Assembly (NCBI RefSeq): GCF_001194135.2
Contig: NC_068982.1
Span: 125,134,906 to 125,172,821 of the forward strand
Reading direction: 5' to 3'
From: Octopus bimaculoides
Taxonomy: Eukaryota
Length of the DNA: 37,916 nucleotides
The first letter of the stretch is position 1. Each line of letters opens with the position of its first letter. A program made the position numbers and the translations under genes. Below the pieces are notes generated by a model. The model did no database searches and was not told the origin of the DNA. It worked only from the letters and a program-made list of their open reading frames with translations. Below are positions 35,667 through 37,916 of the stretch, in pieces.

Positions 35667-36593
35667 GTAAGTAATTATCTATAACTGGCTTTATATGCAT
35701 ATATATATATATAATAATAATAAAATTTAGACAAGCTTGTTCTTTTCTCATCCATCTTTTCCATAGAAGAGTGTAGGCTTGAAATGTTACACTTCTAATT
35801 TTCCCAAGCATCAACCTTGTATACTCTGTAATCTTGTTTTTTTTTTCTTACCACATTTTCATGTTTTTCTGCATGTATGTATGTGTGTTTATCTGTCAGT
35901 TTGTCAAGTTATAATAAAACAAATTTTAAGTTAAGCTGAAGGATTACTAGATATACCTTTCTCAAATACATATCATTATTATTTCACAGTAACACTATTG
36001 ACAGTGACTTGGAAGTTTTGGCATGCTTATTCTTCATCACACTGTCTGATGAAGGATAAGCAGGCCAAAACTTCAAAGTCTTGTAAAAAGAATCACACAC
36101 ACACACACACACACATTGTGGACTGTTATTTAACAAGCTTATTTTATAATTAGTTATCAATAACTGATTTGTATAACAATAATTATATTGGATTGTTAAA
36201 TTATGAAGCTACGAATATTGTATCATTCTACAACTCTGTTGTTCACAAGACCTTGACACCTTTGTTTTTGAAAAGAAGGATGGTAGTATAGATTAAATGC
36301 ACACATGATGGTGATGTGATCTATAATGGTCTGTCACTTGAAATTTGATGCACACTGCTTATATGAAAAAAAGAAAATTGATGATCTTGTATTTGATATT
36401 AAAATGGTTGGTTTCAATTATGTGAAACATCTTTGTATAAGCAGCACCTGTTTGAAATCAACACACATTCACAAACATCCATCCGACTTTCTCTCACACA
36501 CACACACATATATAAGCACAGTTTAAATAAAGTCACATCAAGCAGTGATACTTTGAATGCATGTTTCAGATAATTGAATAATGGATAAGAAGG

Positions 36594-37298
36594 TGTAGTG
36601 ACACCTATAGCAGACGACTGTTATATGTTCAATGTCCGGAGTTTTATCCACGCATGCACAGGGACTAGTTCCGGAACGAATACAGGAAGAGTCTCATGCG
36701 CATGCGTAGAGTTCGACGCCCAGCTTTGGTGCCTTTTCTCACTCTCTTCGTTCGCTGATCTCCGTCGAGACTAGACGTCCCACCGAGCTCTCTCCAACAT
36801 TCCAGCACTAGAGCTACACAAATAACCACGCACTTCATTGACGGCGTCTCAGTAACCAAAGGCAACGAGCTACCGAATTCCCTCCAAGCGTGAGCCGAAT
36901 TCCACTGTAAATAAATATTGTTGTGTTGTTCAGAATCTGCGNNNNNNNNNNGTTCCGGAACGAATACAGGAAGAGTCTCATGCGCATGCGTAGAGTTCGA
37001 CGCCCAGCTTTGGTGCCTTTTCTCACTCTCTTCGTTCGCTGATCTCCGTCGAGACTAGACGTCCCACCGAGCTCTCTCCAACATTCCAGCACTAGAGCTA
37101 CACAAATAACCACGCACTTCATTGACGGCGTCTCAGTAACCAAAGGCAACGAGCTACCGAATTCCCTCCAAGCGTGAGCCGAATTCCACTGTAAATAAAT
37201 ATTGTTGTGTTGTTCAGAATCTGCGTTCCGTTGTTTCTTCAAGAAATTTAATGTACGGAAGCGGAGTACACCTAATGGTGTATAACCACTTCCCTACA
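36594..37298 (+). mobile_element. Solo LTR (Gypsy-like, 4-bp TSD), about 421 bp without the internal duplication
   Basis: TGTAGTG...CCCTACA termini, TSD AAGG at 36590-36593 and 37299-37302, AATAAA plus a GT-rich tract near the 3' end, and CpG-rich sequence. The 274-bp block 36668-36941 repeats at 36952-37225 across a 10-N gap. Confidence 0.8.
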
Positions 37299-37639
37299 AA
37301 GGGAATGTCTTAACTGAGAAAAATTTTGTGTAAGAGATGAAATTCCATTTTTTATTTATTGTGCAATTATCTGAAATGTGTATTAAATGCATTCAGCATA
37401 TCACTTCTTGGTTTGACTTCATTTTATCCATTGTCTGACTCCGTGTCCTGTACAAACTATCCAATCTGAAATCCATTCACACAGATGCTGTAACAAGTGG
37501 GTTTTTTTCTATTCGACTCAAGTAGAAAATTCTGGTAATATATGCATTGCTTCTCAGCATAACACAAATGATCTACATATGCATACATACATACAAGTAT
37601 ACACCACACACACACACACAAACATGCATATACATATCA

Positions 37640-37914
37640 TCATCACCATCGTGTAATGGCCATGTCCCATACTGGCATGAGTTAGACAGGCTCATGGGCC
37701 CGGTTTCCCGGTTTCAATGGCGTATGTGTTCCCCAGCTGGACAGGACGCCAGTCCATCGCAGCGTTACTCATTTTTGCCAGCTGAGTGGACTGGAGCAAT
37801 GTGAAGTGAAGTGTTTTGCTTGAGAACACAACGCGTCGCCCGGTCCAGGAATCGAAACCACAATCTTGTGATTATGATGCTGACACTCTAACCACTAAGC
37901 CACGCACCTCCACA
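37640..37914 (-). mobile_element. Family E CORE-like SINE, near full length
   Basis: Minus strand begins TGGAGGTGCGTGGCTTAGTGGTTAG, with B box GGTTTCGATTCC and CTCAAGCAAAACACTTCACTTCACATTGCTCCAGTCCACTC. Confidence 0.85.
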
Positions 37915-37916
37915 TA

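Overview
AT-rich, repeat-dense eukaryotic genomic DNA with five N gaps. The SINE, MITE and microsatellite content suggests a cephalopod, probably Octopus; this is an inference from recalled repeat motifs. The window holds seven internal coding exons of a quiescin sulfhydryl oxidase (QSOX) gene on the + strand, from 15745 to 35666. They splice in frame with canonical GT-AG sites and encode the end of Trx1, Trx2, the linker and the helix-rich region. The WCGHC exon and the Erv/FAD exons were not found and probably lie outside the window. The introns contain several tRNA-derived SINE families, piggyBac- and mariner-type MITEs, an Hsmar1-like transposase fragment, a Helitron with both termini, fragments from several LINE clades and a young solo LTR. 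The most unusual signal is a series of short fold-back palindromes. Several carry hammerhead-ribozyme-like cores of the Penelope-associated type; the clearest is at 36000-36080. Most ORFs in the supplied track are microsatellite, SINE or N-gap artefacts. Repeat boundaries and identities were read by eye and are approximate.
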